Positions 38,925 to 51,702 of a stretch of DNA of 64,000 bases are shown piece by piece. Each line of letters opens with the position of its first letter. Within the stretch, counting starts at the first letter, position 1. Where the stretch lies: NCBI GenBank assembly GCA_013239625.1, contig MU053881.1:12166879-12230878 (forward strand), read 5' to 3'. Under the pieces are notes generated by a model. The model did no database searches. It was not told where the DNA came from and saw only the letters and a list, made by a program, of their open reading frames with translations. Made by a program: the position numbers and the translations under genes. Origin of the DNA: Lama guanicoe (Eukaryota).

Positions 38925-39487
38925 AAAAAAAATTTTTTTTAATTGAAGTATGGTCAGTTGACAATGTTGTGTCAATTTCTGGTGCACCGCACAAAGTTTC
39001 AGTCATACATATAAATATATTTGTTTTCATATCCTTTTTCATTATAGGTTACTACAAGATATTGAATGCAGTTTCCTGTGCTATACATAGAAACTTGCTG
39101 TTTATTTTATATACAATAGTTAGTATCTATAGCAGTTATATATATTTCAAATTCCCAATTTATCCCTACCCACCCTCTTTTACTGCTGGAAACCGTAAGT
39201 TTGTTTTCTATGTCTGTGAGTCTGCTTCTGTTTTGCAAATAACTTCATTTGTGTCTTTTTTTTTTTTTAGATTCCATATATAAGTGATATCATATGGTAT
39301 TTTTCCCTCTTTCTGGCTTATTTCACTTAGAATGATGATCTCTAGGTCCATCCATGTTACTGCAAATGGCATTATTTCATTCTTTTTTAGGGCTGAGTAG
39401 TATTCGTGTGTGTGTGTGTGTGTGTGTGTGTGTCTCCCATCTTTTATCCAGTCACCTGTCAATGGACATTTAAGTTGTTTCCATGTC
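38925..39487 (-). mobile_element. 5'-truncated L1 3' end (older of a tandem pair), containing (TG)14
   Basis: Poly(T), then ttgaagtatggtcagttgacaatgttgtg; ORF 39208-39585 includes EIMPFAVTWMDLEIIILSEISQ (ORF2 end). Confidence 0.93.
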
Positions 39488-39503
39488 TCACAAGAGGCTT
39501 TTT

Positions 39504-40281
39504 GTTGTTGTTGTTGGAGGTAATTGACCTGATTTTTTTTTTTTACATTTTTTTGAGTTATAGTCATTTTACAATGTTGTGTCAAATTCCAGTGTAGAGC
39601 ACAAGTTTTCAGTTATACAAGAACATACATTCACTGTCACTTTTTTTTTCCACTGTGAGCTACCACAAGATCTTGTATATATTCCCCTGTGCTATACAGT
39701 ATAATCTCATTTATATAGTCTACATTTTGAAATCCCAGTCTGTACCTTCCCATCCCCACCCCCTTGGCAACCACAAGTTTGTGTTCTATGTCTATGAGTC
39801 TGTTTCTGTTTTGTATTTATGTTCTTTTTTTTTTTTAAAGATTCCACATATGAGCGATCTCATATGGTATTTTTCTTTCTCTTTCTGGCTTACTTCACTT
39901 GGAATGACATTCTCCAGGAACATCCATGTTGCTGCAAATGGCACTATGTTTTTGGTTTTTATGGCCGAATAGTATTCCGTTGTATAAATATACCACATCT
40001 TCTTTATCCAGTCATCTGTTGATGGACATTTAGGCTGTTTCCATATCTTGGCTATTGTAAATAGTGCTGCTATGAACATTGGGTGCAGGTGTCTTTTTTG
40101 AAGTAGGGTCCCTTCTAGATATATGCCCAGGAACAGGATTCCTGGGGTCATATGGTAAGTCTATTCCTAGTCTTTTGAGGAATCTCCATACTGTTTTCCA
40201 CAGTGGCTGCACCAAACTGCATTCCCACCAGCAGTGTAGGAGGGTTCCATTTTCTCCACATCCTCTCCAACATCTGTCATT
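39504..40281 (-). mobile_element. 5'-truncated L1 (younger of the pair) with a short extra 3' tag
   Basis: ORFs 39792-40151 and 40030-40215 match the ORF2p C-terminus; TSD tcacaagag(g/c)cttttt at 39488-39503 and 40282-40297. Confidence 0.95.
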
Positions 40282-41769
40282 TCACAAGAGCCTTTTTAAA
40301 ACACCTTATTTTGGAGCACCCTTCCAACACAAAATTTTCCATCTTCTAAATGAAAACAGAGATAGAGGAATGTCTGAGAACAATATCATGTAGGACTCTC
40401 GATTTGCTGCAGAAGCTAACAGCTCCAGCAGAATTTCCCTGCATCTTGCTCAGAGAGCAGCAAAACATTGACACCAAGTGGGAGGACAGAATCCCACACC
40501 CAAGTGTGACTAACCCACTGTAATCTACTGATCACAGTAATTCCATATAGCACTCACAAAAGAAAGATGTTTTCACTTCCCATCTGTTAGGTTGAAAGTG
40601 ATGTCAGCGATGAGGAACCTATTTCCAACTTCCCAGTAACCTACACGACAAACTCTATACCATTTGCTCACAGGGACAAGAGGAAAATGGAAATATAGTT
40701 AGTCCTCTGAGCAAGGAGAATAGACCCTTGAGAGATAGGCTCCAAAAAGCCCATATTATCCACAGTAACTCCCTTAAAACCTGACACGGAACTCCTACAA
40801 AGGATTCACTATTTATAGGAGTCTCTGCACTGAAATGGATAAAGACTTACTTGTCCTCAAAGAAAGCAACATGAAACAACTAATTCAATAGAAAGGATTA
40901 GTTTATCTCTTGAAACAATTAGTGTCACTATCACCTGGAAAAAGTAAAGTGGCCTGAAAATGCACCACAAGGCCAGTAGGTTTTATTTGAGAGGCCAAGC
41001 AACGTGAGGAAAATCCCATGCAAAGAATTCAATCGAAGGACACACTGGCGGAGTCCATCAACAAGGGACCTGATGGACACTATTCATTCTTTCAGCAATG
41101 TTTTACCAAATATGCAATGCAAAGTCCTGTACGCGCGCTACGTGGGAGGAGGAGAGAACGGAGCACTGGATGACCACCACTCATGTGCCTGCAGCTTTAC
41201 CCAGCCTTCCTTGTTTCTCTCTCATCCCAGCCCCTGAGGTAAGCTGTCATGGTCACTTTACAGGTGATGAATCAGACACATCGAGCACTGGGCAGTCGGC
41301 TTGAGATCACGCACCTACCAAATGGCAGAAGCATCATCTACAGTTACTTCTGCCAACTCAGATCCCCACGCAATTTCCTGCAGGAGAAATGAACACAACA
41401 CTTACCCTTCAGAAATAGATCTCAGAGCCAGGGAGAAAGGGTCCAGGTAAAGATCACTCTAACAAAGGTTTCTGTGATGGTGCTGTAAGGAAGGGCAAGT
41501 CCAGAACCACAGGAGTTGAGAAATGAGGAAAGATTTGCAAGACGTGAAATTTAAGCTGGATATGTGGTCGATTTTGACATGTGACTCACAAAGCATTTCA
41601 GAAGAAAGACAAAGTATAAACCAAGGCACAGAAACAAAACGAACTATAACAGAGGTTTGGGACACAAGGAATGATGGATGCGGGCTTCAAAATAGGGTTC
41701 AGGTAAACAATGAGCAGTCAGTGATTTACAACATCAGCTTTGGAATGAAGCTGTCCAGTTGCAAATTCC

Positions 41770-41960
41770 AGAACAATTCCAGACACTTGTTAGCTGTGGG
41801 AAACTGCCAATGATGTAAGCGCCCTAAACCTCGGCACCCTCATCTGTAAAATAAGGATAACGGCACATCCCTAGATTTGTTTCAAAGATTAAATGACATG
41901 ATACATATCAAGCTCTCAAGCTGATACCACATACATGAAAAGTAACTGTCAGCTGTTACT
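41770..41960 (+). mobile_element. MIR fragment
   Basis: cacttgttagctgtg...cctcatctgtaaaataaggataa...aagattaaatgac. Confidence 0.7.
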
Positions 41961-42529
41961 GTAGGGAGATCATAGGATACAAGCTTGAAAAAGAAAGTTG
42001 GGACCATACTTAAGACTGGGGTAACACCACCAAAAAGAATTTGGACAACGTGTTATGGGCAATAGAGGAAAAATACTGAAAATTTTTGAGTCAAAGAATT
42101 TTATGATGAGGGTTATACTACAGAAAGAATAATGTGGCAGTGGTATCCAGGATGGACTGGGAAGGAAAGAAAAAAAAAAAAAGACTAGCATAAGAGAATG
42201 AATTAAGACAAAGGCCCAAACAAGCAAAGGTCAGGAAGAGATCCACAACCAACAGAATGGAAGTAAATATAAATGAAGACACCAAAGATATTCCATAATT
42301 ATGCAAAGGATTAACCCTCAAATCCTACTACAGAGGCAGTCTGTGATGAGCTAAATACTAACTAATCCTATCGTCTCACTGACACTGCAGAAATAGGAGA
42401 TAGGTTCTTCCTACAATTTCTATGGAAAAGCACAGAATTGTTAAGTAGGTTAGACAGTTTAGAAAAAGAAAAAAGATGGAGGATTTGCTCTAGCAGATAT
42501 TATAAAGCCAACAAGATAAAGATAAGTGA

Positions 42530-42626
42530 GAGATGGATGGACGGATGGATGGATGGATCGAAGGATGGAAGGAAGGAAGGAAGGGAGAAAGGAAGGAAGG
42601 AAGGGAGAAAGGAAGGAAGGAAGGAA
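42530..42626. repeat. Compound (GGAT)n/(GGAA)n tetranucleotide repeat
   Basis: Seen directly. Confidence 0.95.
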
Positions 42627-42959
42627 TCAGTGCAAGAATAAACAGACCAGTGGAAAAAACTAGAGCTCTGTAATAAAGAGGCATCATAAAACAGGTTTAG
42701 GCTGCATGACAGAGTACATTATGCTAAGACAATGTCTCAATATGAGGACTAAAAACAGTATATACAAAAATACAAAGCTGAAGCAAAAAAGATCCAAGAG
42801 ATCTTTGAGAACTTGGAGGTAGAGAAGGAAATATCTTTTAAAATAGGCAAAATTATACATTGTGAAAGTAAGACTAGGTTTTGCTTATCTTAGGAATGCT
42901 TTTAAGGGTGCCCTAAGTAAGCCATGATTTTTTCAAACTAAATCATTTTATCATTTCTT

Positions 42960-43547
42960 TGTGAAACTCACACTAAAAACAAATAGAAAAATTACAACTA
43001 CGGAGGGCAATAATCTTAACGGGGACTATTTGCTCTTCTGCCTTTCTGCAAAAAGACTTTCTACATTTTATTCAATGATCCAATTAAACTGTACTAACCT
43101 CAGAGAATGCATTAAAGTATTTCAGTTTGTCCTCCTAACCTTCACCCCCCACAGTATGATAGTCAATGACCAAACCACATCCTAAGAATATGGCCCATGA
43201 TAACATCACCTGCACCTTAACTGTTTTCCAGGACCAGAAAGTATCCGCAGATCAGGGTGACTTAGGAACTTGTGACTCAAACCACCAGACCAGCTGCACG
43301 TACCTCACAGATGTCCTGTCTCCTGGGAAAATGCCACAAGACAATGACTAACCACCACCTCCCTGCTCCTCCTAGCAATAAAGAAACCCAAATTCTTTTC
43401 TGAAGGAAGATGGTTCTTTAGGACGTTAATCCATCATCTTCTCGGTCAACTGGCTCTTGGGATAAAGTCACTAATCTGCCCCAACAACGTGTCTCTCCAT
43501 CTATTGGCCTGTGCCGCGGCAAACAGCTCAATCTTGGACCGGATACC
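42960..43547 (+). mobile_element. Solo LTR, ERV1-type (5' boundary uncertain)
   Basis: 3' part gataaagtcact...gccccaaca...ctattggcctgt...ggcaaacagctcaatcttggaccggatacca resembles the R/U5 of ERV1 LTRs; a TG start at 42960 is plausible; no TSD found. Confidence 0.7.
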
Positions 43548-44715
43548 ACCACCTGGTTCTGATGGAAAAAGGAATACAGTCATGTTTGATGGAGTATCTT
43601 TGCTCCACTGACATGGAAGCCATAGTAGTATAAATGAAAACACACTTTCCTTCAACTTCTTTCCAACTGCTCTTCACTGTTTTTGGTCTCTCGGTTCCTA
43701 CCTGCCCTTTCTTTTGCCTCTTCGTTGCCACTCAACCTTATCACTATGATCTGCATTTCCTTACAATTTCCACTCTTCTTTCATTTGAAACTTCCTTTAT
43801 TTCTCTAGCATCTTTTCTCTAATCCTTCTTTTCAATCACAGAGTCAAACTGATTGAGAAAAAGGAAATGTCAGTGTCAGGTGTTGCCCTCTGCACATGAA
43901 TAACAACAACAACAAAACAGTCTTAAAATGTGCTTCTCATCAAAAAAATAAAATAAAATAGATTCCCTTCTACCAAGCTGATTTCCAGGTGGGTGAAACA
44001 TTCTTATATCCAAACAGTAAACTTGCACATCCAAGTGGAAGGGGAGAGTAGTATTTCTCCCTTCTCCCCTGTCCCTGACATGCAGAAAAGACAATCAAAC
44101 ACCGACATTTGCATAGAAAGAAGCTGCCACCTCTAAATAGTATGCAGTTTTTCAAATCATAATTTTATTATCTCTATACTTCTGCAAACTCCCAAACCTC
44201 CAAAGCGAGTAACTCATAGATCTCAGATTCAGTCAGGGGATAAGCTTAAAACTGACGCAAAACAAGGCATAGTTTGTCTAGAGATTTTTCTTTAGAAAAC
44301 ACAAACTACTCTATGCAATTATACTGAGAATTGAAAACTGCTACAGATGGCTTACTAAGACTATTAATACCATAAGAACATTACATGGCATTTTGTCATT
44401 AATTGCTAAAATCTCATTGACTTTAATCTACAAAAGTAATAAATCCAACATTCCATAATTGCTTGTATTTTTAAACCCTAAGAGATTAGGTATTTTAAAT
44501 CTTCTTGTCTCTGCCCTTAAGTAGCGAATTTAAATACTAGAAAATATATTTGAAGCTTCTGCCTTAGAAATGAAAACACTAATTTTGTCAGGAAACAACA
44601 AAAATAGATGAATTCAGTCTGCACGGTTTTCCTCACTACAGAGTTTCTGTAAAAACTGCAAGATAAAACTAAACATTAGCACAATTTAACAACCTTGACT
44701 CAGAATATAATCTAA

Positions 44716-44856
44716 CATATATGATAACTCATAGAAAAAATAATGTGACAATGAGTGTGTGTGTATATGTCCATGAATGACTGAAAAATTGTGCTGAACA
44801 CTGGAATTTGACACAACATTGTAAAGTGATTATAAATCAATAAAAAATGTTTAAAA
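44716..44856 (+). mobile_element. Short young L1 3' end
   Basis: gactgaaaaattgtgctgaacactggaatttgacacaacattgtaa...aataaa; 12-bp TSD aatataatctaa at 44704-44715 and 44857-44868. Confidence 0.93.
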
Positions 44857-45879
44857 AATATAATCTAATACAGTTCTCAGGTAAAATAATACTGTAACCT
44901 TGATAGATTTTAGGACATATTTTCTTAATTGTGATTATAGTTAGATTATAGTTAGATGTTACTGTTGTTGTACTTATGTCTTAAAATATTATTTATATAA
45001 AAATATTTTCAAATATATAGTCAGAACAATGTAAATACTACTTTTTACTAGGTTTTAATTTTATAATTTAACAGTAGTCAAACTCAGAAATCTTAATGTT
45101 TCTAGAACAGACTACACTTAAAGGATATACAAAGAATGGGATGGAGTAGAAGAAAGAGCTAAAGATTTACTTTCAATACTAAATTAGCCTGAATTATTTT
45201 ATTTCTTTAATATCTGCATGTACAATTTTTATAAACAAAGAAACAAAAGTACAGATTATGGTTACGTCTGAGAGATAAGATTACAGGAGATATTTAACTT
45301 TCTCCTTCATATTTTTATGTATTTTTTCAATTCTCTTCCACAAGAATATACTTTTTTCACTGAAAGGGAGAATAAACCTTAGAAGTAAAACAAACAGGAT
45401 GGCCACAGCCAGCAGGATAGCTAACTAGGTATCTAGAGCATAGATCAAACACACATCAACTAAATTTCTAGATAAAATATACTTTTAAAATAAAAAAGAA
45501 TACTTTTTAAATTTCACGGTTAAGAATTTTTTTAAATGAGAAGAAATAGAATGAAGCACTGAACAGGAAGAGATTAAGCTAGGATAGGATAAATAACCAC
45601 CTTACTAACACACATTCCAAGTGCTAAGAGTAGATTATTAAATATTAATAAAAATATACAATTCAATATGTATGCTCAACTTTAACACTGTACTGTAAGC
45701 TCTAAAAAAAATAAAAAAGTAGAGTGCCTACTTTCATACCAGTTTTTGAATGGTTTTAGTATCACCTCAGGATATGAAAGAACTATCACTGCATATTAGT
45801 AAAGAAATTTTGCCTTCGTCAAATGGTGCTCAGACTATGAGTTGCTCATACAGAAAGAATCAGATTGAATCTCTCCCAT

Positions 45880-46745
45880 GTGTCACAAAAATCAAACTAA
45901 AACCACACTGCGATATTACTACAGACACATTCAAATGTCTGATCCTAAGATTGATAATATCAAGTGTTGGCAAGAATATGAAGAAACTGGAACTATGATA
46001 TGTGGCTGGTGGGAATGCAGAAAGGCATGACTACTTTTGAAAACAATTTGGCGGTTTTTTTAATAAAGTTAAACACAAACTCACCACTCCTAGTTTGATT
46101 CACGGTAGTCAAAAAACTGGAAACAATCCATCAACAGGCAAACAGAGGCACAAATTATGGAATATCCACACAATAAAATGGAGAAGCACTCAGCAAAAAA
46201 GAGTGAAAAGGAGCCAACTAGCTTGGCATACAACAGCGGTACACCTCAGATACATTTTGCTGAGTGAAAGAAGGCAGGTGCAAAATAACACATACTGTTC
46301 GGGTCCATTTATGGAAAGTTCTAGGAAAGATAAAATTAACCTCTGTTTACAAAACACATCAATGGTTGGTTGGGGGCAGGAGAGTTAGAGGCACTGGCTG
46401 CAGAGACACAAGGGAGCTGTCTGAGGTGATGAAAGTGTTCCACATCTTGACTAGTGGTGGTTACATGACCAAACACATTTGTCAAAACACAAACTGTACA
46501 CTTGAAACGGCTGTATTATTATTATTATTATTATTATCATCATCATTATTATTATTATCATTATCATTATTATTATTATTAATTATTTTTGCAGAGGGAG
46601 GTAATTAGGTGTACTTGTTTATTTTTTTCATGTAGGTACTGAGGATTGAAACCAAGACCTCGTGTATGCTATGCATGCACTATACCACTTGAGCTACACT
46701 GTCCCCTAAATGGGCTTATTTTATGTGAATTATGCCTCAATATAC
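45880..46745 (+). mobile_element. Old L1M (MB/MC-like) 3' region interrupted by a SINE
   Basis: caagtgttggcaagaatatgaagaaactggaact, gctgagtgaaagaaggcag, acatttgtcaaaac; resumes after the SINE as ttatgtgaattatgcctcaat. Confidence 0.8.
46514..46707 (-). mobile_element. tRNA(Ala)-derived vic-1-type SINE with (ATT)n/(ATC)n tail
   Basis: Reverse complement reads ggggacagtgtagctcaagtggtatagtgcatgc...ggtttcaatcctcagtacct...cctaattacctccc, then (aat)n; diverged TSD aaacggctgtatt / aaatgggcttatt. Confidence 0.85.
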
Positions 46746-46749
46746 ATGT

Positions 46750-47385
46750 TTATATATAATTCTAATAGGGATTAAAAACTTAAATTTTTAAAGTCATGAA
46801 ACACCTTCTGGAAAAAAAAGATACCAGAAAATAGCTCTATGTTTTCTGGGTAGAAAAGGATTTTTTAAATAACTCACAGAAACAAAAATCACAAATGAAA
46901 AGATAAATGAACTTGACTACATAAAAACTATGAACTTTTGTTCTAAGATACACCCGAAAGAGTGACAAGAAAAATTATAACCAGCAAAAAGATATTTGAA
47001 ATATAAAATGACAAAGGATTAGTATTCAGAGTTTTTTTTAAACTCCTAAGAATCAAAAAAAGACAGCCCAATCGAGCAATGGGCGTATGATCAAAATAAG
47101 ACATTCACTTAAGTGCTAACATGATTAGCCAATAAATATATGAAAAGATGTTAAATCTAACTAGAGACTGTCAAATTAAAACTACAATGTGATACCATTT
47201 CACACCCACCTGATCTGTAGAAATTAAAGTGTCTGACAAAGTTAGGTACAAAAACAGTAAGATTTTCAGTAAGATTGGTGGCAACTTAAATTGGCACAAG
47301 TGTTTATAAAAGTATTTAGCATTACCTAGTAAAGTTGAGTAAGTCCATAGCCTGTGGCTTAGCAGCTCTACTTCCAGGAGTAAAA
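46750..47385 (+). mobile_element. Old L1M ORF2 fragment
   Basis: ttgactacataaaaact, tgacaaaggattagtattcaga, aaattaaaactacaatgtgataccatttcacacccac. Confidence 0.8.
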
Positions 47386-47440
47386 GATGTTAGGTAATTA
47401 ACAGCACCCTAAGTAATTGGGTATACTACATCACCTTAGG

Positions 47441-47630
47441 AGTAGTTCTTAAGTCTTTGCATGCATCAGAATCCCCTGGGGGGATTCCTAAAGCACAGAG
47501 AGATCCCTGGGTCCATCCCAGAGTTTATGATCCAGTAGGTCTGAGATGGCATACTAGAATTCACATTTCTAACAAGATCTCAGGTGAGCCTGATGCTACT
47601 GGTCTGAAAACCAAACTTTGAGAAGCACTA
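47441..47630 (+). mobile_element. MER5A MITE
   Basis: tagttcttaa...catcagaatcccctgg...ccagtaggtctgag...tgatgctactggtc...actttgagaagcact. Confidence 0.85.
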
Positions 47631-48464
47631 CTCTAAAGGAATGTGCTATCCCAGAGTCACACCTTGATAAAAGCATATAGGAAAGAAAGTGGTCTTTTGC
47701 TGTAGAGATCACCTGTGTCATCTAAAGAGAAGCACTGTCTCTGTGAAATGAAAACAAAAGGGAAGAAACAGTGAAACAAGTTTACTCCAAAAGGGAGTAT
47801 ATCTCAAAGGAATTGACAGCCTCTTTGATTCTGAACACACAGTAGATACTGTAGGTTAGTTACTTGCTCTGTACACTTACAATCTGAAAATAACACTAGC
47901 ACTTTATCGGTTTCAACAAACTAATCAATCATTTTCTAATTGAGAGTCTCTTCTGCCAACGCTTCTAGTTTCTTACTAACCTGTATACTGCTTTTTATGG
48001 AGTATTTAGTAAATTATCCAAGAGATCTAATTATACTTAGTTTTCAGAAGGTAAGATGAGTAAACCATGGACTTAAATAGCAAGAAATGAACACCTGATT
48101 TTAATTTACTTGCTCTCAACATCAGGAAAAAGAAGAAAATTCCAATTACAGGTTACATTCACAAAATCTAATACAGACTGACAACCTCTAAACAATTTAT
48201 TTTAAAAACCATTGTTTTGCAATTCCTCAAGATATTCCCCCTGAGATTTTCCATGACAGCTTTGAAATCATAAAATTACATAAAAATTGTACAAGGCATA
48301 TAATGTTGGATCCGATTTGTCATTTTATGTAATGGCATCATCAAGCAATTTAATAGAACCTAATAACCTTCTATGACTAATAAAAGAAGATACACAGTTA
48401 TTCAAGGAGATTTGAGGGTTTGTTTTCGTTTTTTAAGAGTGATCTTTATCAAAAACAGGAAACC

Positions 48465-50968
48465 TCACTAGCATTCACACTATACAGATCCCAGAAGAGA
48501 AAGAGAAAGGGCCAGAGAAAATATTTTAAGAGATAATAGCTGAAAACTTCCCTAACCTGGGAAAGCAAACAGTCGTCCAAGTCCAGGAAGCACAGAGAGT
48601 CCCATACAGGATTAACACAAAGAGAAACACATCACGATACACAGTAATTCATGTCAACAAAAATTAAAGACAAAGAGAAAAATATTAAAAGCCCCAAGGG
48701 AAAAGCAACAAATAACTTAGAAGGGACCTCCCCTAAGGCTATCAGCTGATGTTTCAGCAGAAACTCTACAGGCCACAAGGGAGTGGCACTATACACTTAA
48801 AGTGATGAAAGAGGAGAACCTACAACGAAGAACACTCTACCCAGCAAGGCTCTCGTTCACATTTGAAGGAGAAAGCAAAGCTTTACAGACAAGCAAAAGC
48901 AACAAGTTCAGCACCACCAAACCAGCTTTACAGCAAAAGCTAAACCAACTTCTCTAGGCAGAAAAGAAAGAGCCACAGTGAGAAAAAAGAAAATTATGAA
49001 ATGGAAACGCTCACCTGTAAAGGCAAACAGAGTAAAGGCAAGAAATCATCACACACAAACTAGAAAGGATATTAAAAGATAAAGTAAAAATCATCTGTAT
49101 CTACAGTAACATCACATTAAAAAATTAGATGTAAAATATATCAAAACCAGTCATTTTGAGGGGAGGAGAGTACAAATACAGGGTATTTAAAATACATTTG
49201 AAATTAGGAGAACAGCAATATACCTGATTTATATTGCTATACCAAAAATTCATGGTAACCACAACCAAAAATCTTTAATAGATATACACACAAAAAAGAA
49301 AGAGAAATCCAAACATAACACTAATGAGAGTCACCAAAACAGAAGAGAACAAAAGAAGAAAAGAAATGAACTACTAAAACAAATTCAAAACATCTGACAA
49401 AATGGCAATAAGGACATATACATCGATAATTACCTTAAATGTAAATGGACAAAATGCTCAAACCAAAAGACACAGACTGGATACAAAAACAAGACCCATA
49501 TATTTGCTGCCTACAAGAGACTCACTTCAGATCTAGAGACAAGTATACACTGAAAGTGAGGGGATGGCAAGAGCTATTTCACACAAATGGAAATCAAAAG
49601 AAGGCTGGAAAATTTGTATGAGACAAAAGAGACTTTAAAATAAAGACTGTTACAAGAGACAAAGAAGGATACTACATAATGATCAAGGGATGAAACCAAG
49701 AAGAAAATGTAGTAATTATAAATGTATATGTGCACCTAACATAGGTTTAACCTATGTTACTTATATAAGGTAAACAGACATAAAAGGAGAAACAGGACAG
49801 TAACACAGTAATACTGGGGGACTTTTTAATAAAACCCCACTCACATCAATGGACAAACCATGCAGACAGAAAATCAATAAGGATAAACAGGCCTTAAATG
49901 ACACATTAAACCAGAGGGACTTCATTGATATTTATAGAGCATTCCATCCGAAAGCAGAATACACACTCTTCTCAAGTGCACATGGGACATCCTCCAGGAT
50001 AGACCACATGCTCCACAAAGCAAGTCTCCATAAATTTAAGAAAACTGAAGTCATATCAAGCGTCTTTTCTGACCACAACGCTGAGATTAGAAATCAAATA
50101 CCATTTTTTAAAAAGCTGCAAAAAAAAAATGTGGAGGTTAAACAACTATGCTACTAAACAATGAATCACTGAAGAAATCTAAGAGGAAATTTAAAAATAC
50201 CTTGAGAAAAATGAAAATGAAAATGTGAAGATACAAAACCTACGGGAAGCAGCAAAAGCAGTTCTAAGAGGGAAGTGTACAGTGATACAAGCTTACCTTA
50301 GAAAACAGGAAAAACTTCAAATAAACAACCTAACCTTACACGTAAAGCCCCTAGAGAAAGAACAATCAAATCCCAAAGTTAGTAAAAGGGAAGAAAACAT
50401 AAAGATCAACACACAAATAAATGAGACTGAAAAAAATAGAAAACATCAATAAAACTAAAAGCTAGTTCTTTGAAAAGATTAAACAAAATTGATGAACCTT
50501 TAGTCTAACTCATCAAAAAAAAAAAGGGAAAGGGCCCAAATCAATAAAATCAGAAATGAAAAAAGTTCACAAATGACACCACAGAAATACAAAGGATCAT
50601 AAGAGACTACTATGAGCAACTCTATGCCAATAAAATGGACAAGCTACAAGAAACAGATCTAAGTTCTTAGAAAGGTACAATCTCCAAAGACTGAACCAAG
50701 AAGAAGTAGAAAATAAGAACAGACCAATCCCCAGTACTGAAATTAAATCAATAATTTAAGAATCCCCAACAAACAGAAGTCCAGGATCAGACGGCTTCAC
50801 AGGAGAATTCTCCCAAAAATTTAGAGAAGAGTTAACATCTATCCTTCCGAAATTTTTCCAAAAAACCGTGGAGGAGGGAACACTTCCAAACTATGAGGCC
50901 ATTATCACCCTGATACCAAACCAAACAAAGATAACATAAAAAAGGAAAATTACAGGCCCATATCACTC
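48465..50968 (+). mobile_element. Internal L1 fragment: ORF1 3' half, inter-ORF spacer, ORF2 endonuclease through start of RT, disrupted
   Basis: ataattaccttaaatgtaaatgga (ITLNVNG); ORF 49849-50157 DIYRAFHP...FSSAHGT.SRIDHML...SDHN; [12 protein letters not shown] ccaggatcagacggcttcacagg; ends at ENYRPISL. Confidence 0.95.
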
Positions 50969-51449
50969 ATTTTTTATTGAAGTGCAGTCAAGTTACAATG
51001 TTAGTTTCAGGTGTACAGCAAAGTGTGTCAGTTACACATATACATGTATACATACACATTTACATTTTTTTTAGATTCTTTTTCACTACAGCTCATTAAA
51101 AGAAACTGAATATAGTTCCCTGTGCTATATAGTAGGTCGTTCTTTGTTCCTTATCTATTTTATACATAGTAGCAAGTATCTTTTCATCCCAAACTGCTCA
51201 TGTATCCCTCCCCTCTTGTACCCCTGGTAACCATAGTTTATTTTCTATGTCTGTGAGTCCTTCTAGTTTGTAAGTAAAATTTGTATCTTTTTTTAAGATT
51301 CTGCATAGAAGTAACATCCTATGATATTTGTCATTCTGTCTGATTTACTTCACTTAATATGATAACCTCTAGGTCCATCCATGTTGCTGCAAGTAGCAGT
51401 ATTTAGAGTTTTTTTTGTTTTGTTTTGTTTTTTTATGGCTGAGTAATAT
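50969..51449 (-). mobile_element. 5'-truncated L1 3' end, tail-to-tail with the preceding fragment
   Basis: ttttttattgaagtgcagtc...tatagttccctgtgctatatagtagg...ctctaggtccatccatgttgctgca...ttatggctgagtaatat. Confidence 0.9.
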
Positions 51450-51702
51450 GGGGCTATTTTGAACTATGGCAACCATATTGATTTTCCCTGCTCCCAAACC
51501 ACACAGTATGTATCTGGGTATACACATGTTAACATTTTATCATTTCATATTTAACTTTATTTTCCAATCTTATTTCTAGATACAGCATGAAACACTTAAC
51601 ATACAGTAAATTCTTGGTAATTATCATCTTTGAAACTGTCACTTTTTATCATCTATCCAAACCATGGGTAATACGGTAAACAAAAAATGTTAAACTCAGG
51701 TC

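Noticed and set aside
48048..48050. Identification as the NCAM1 AAG microexon
   Set aside because: No NCAM1 exons are recognisable within tens of kb on either side
48465..51449. Twin-primed 5'-inverted single L1
   Set aside because: The poly(T) is internal, at the junction, which is the wrong geometry for twin priming
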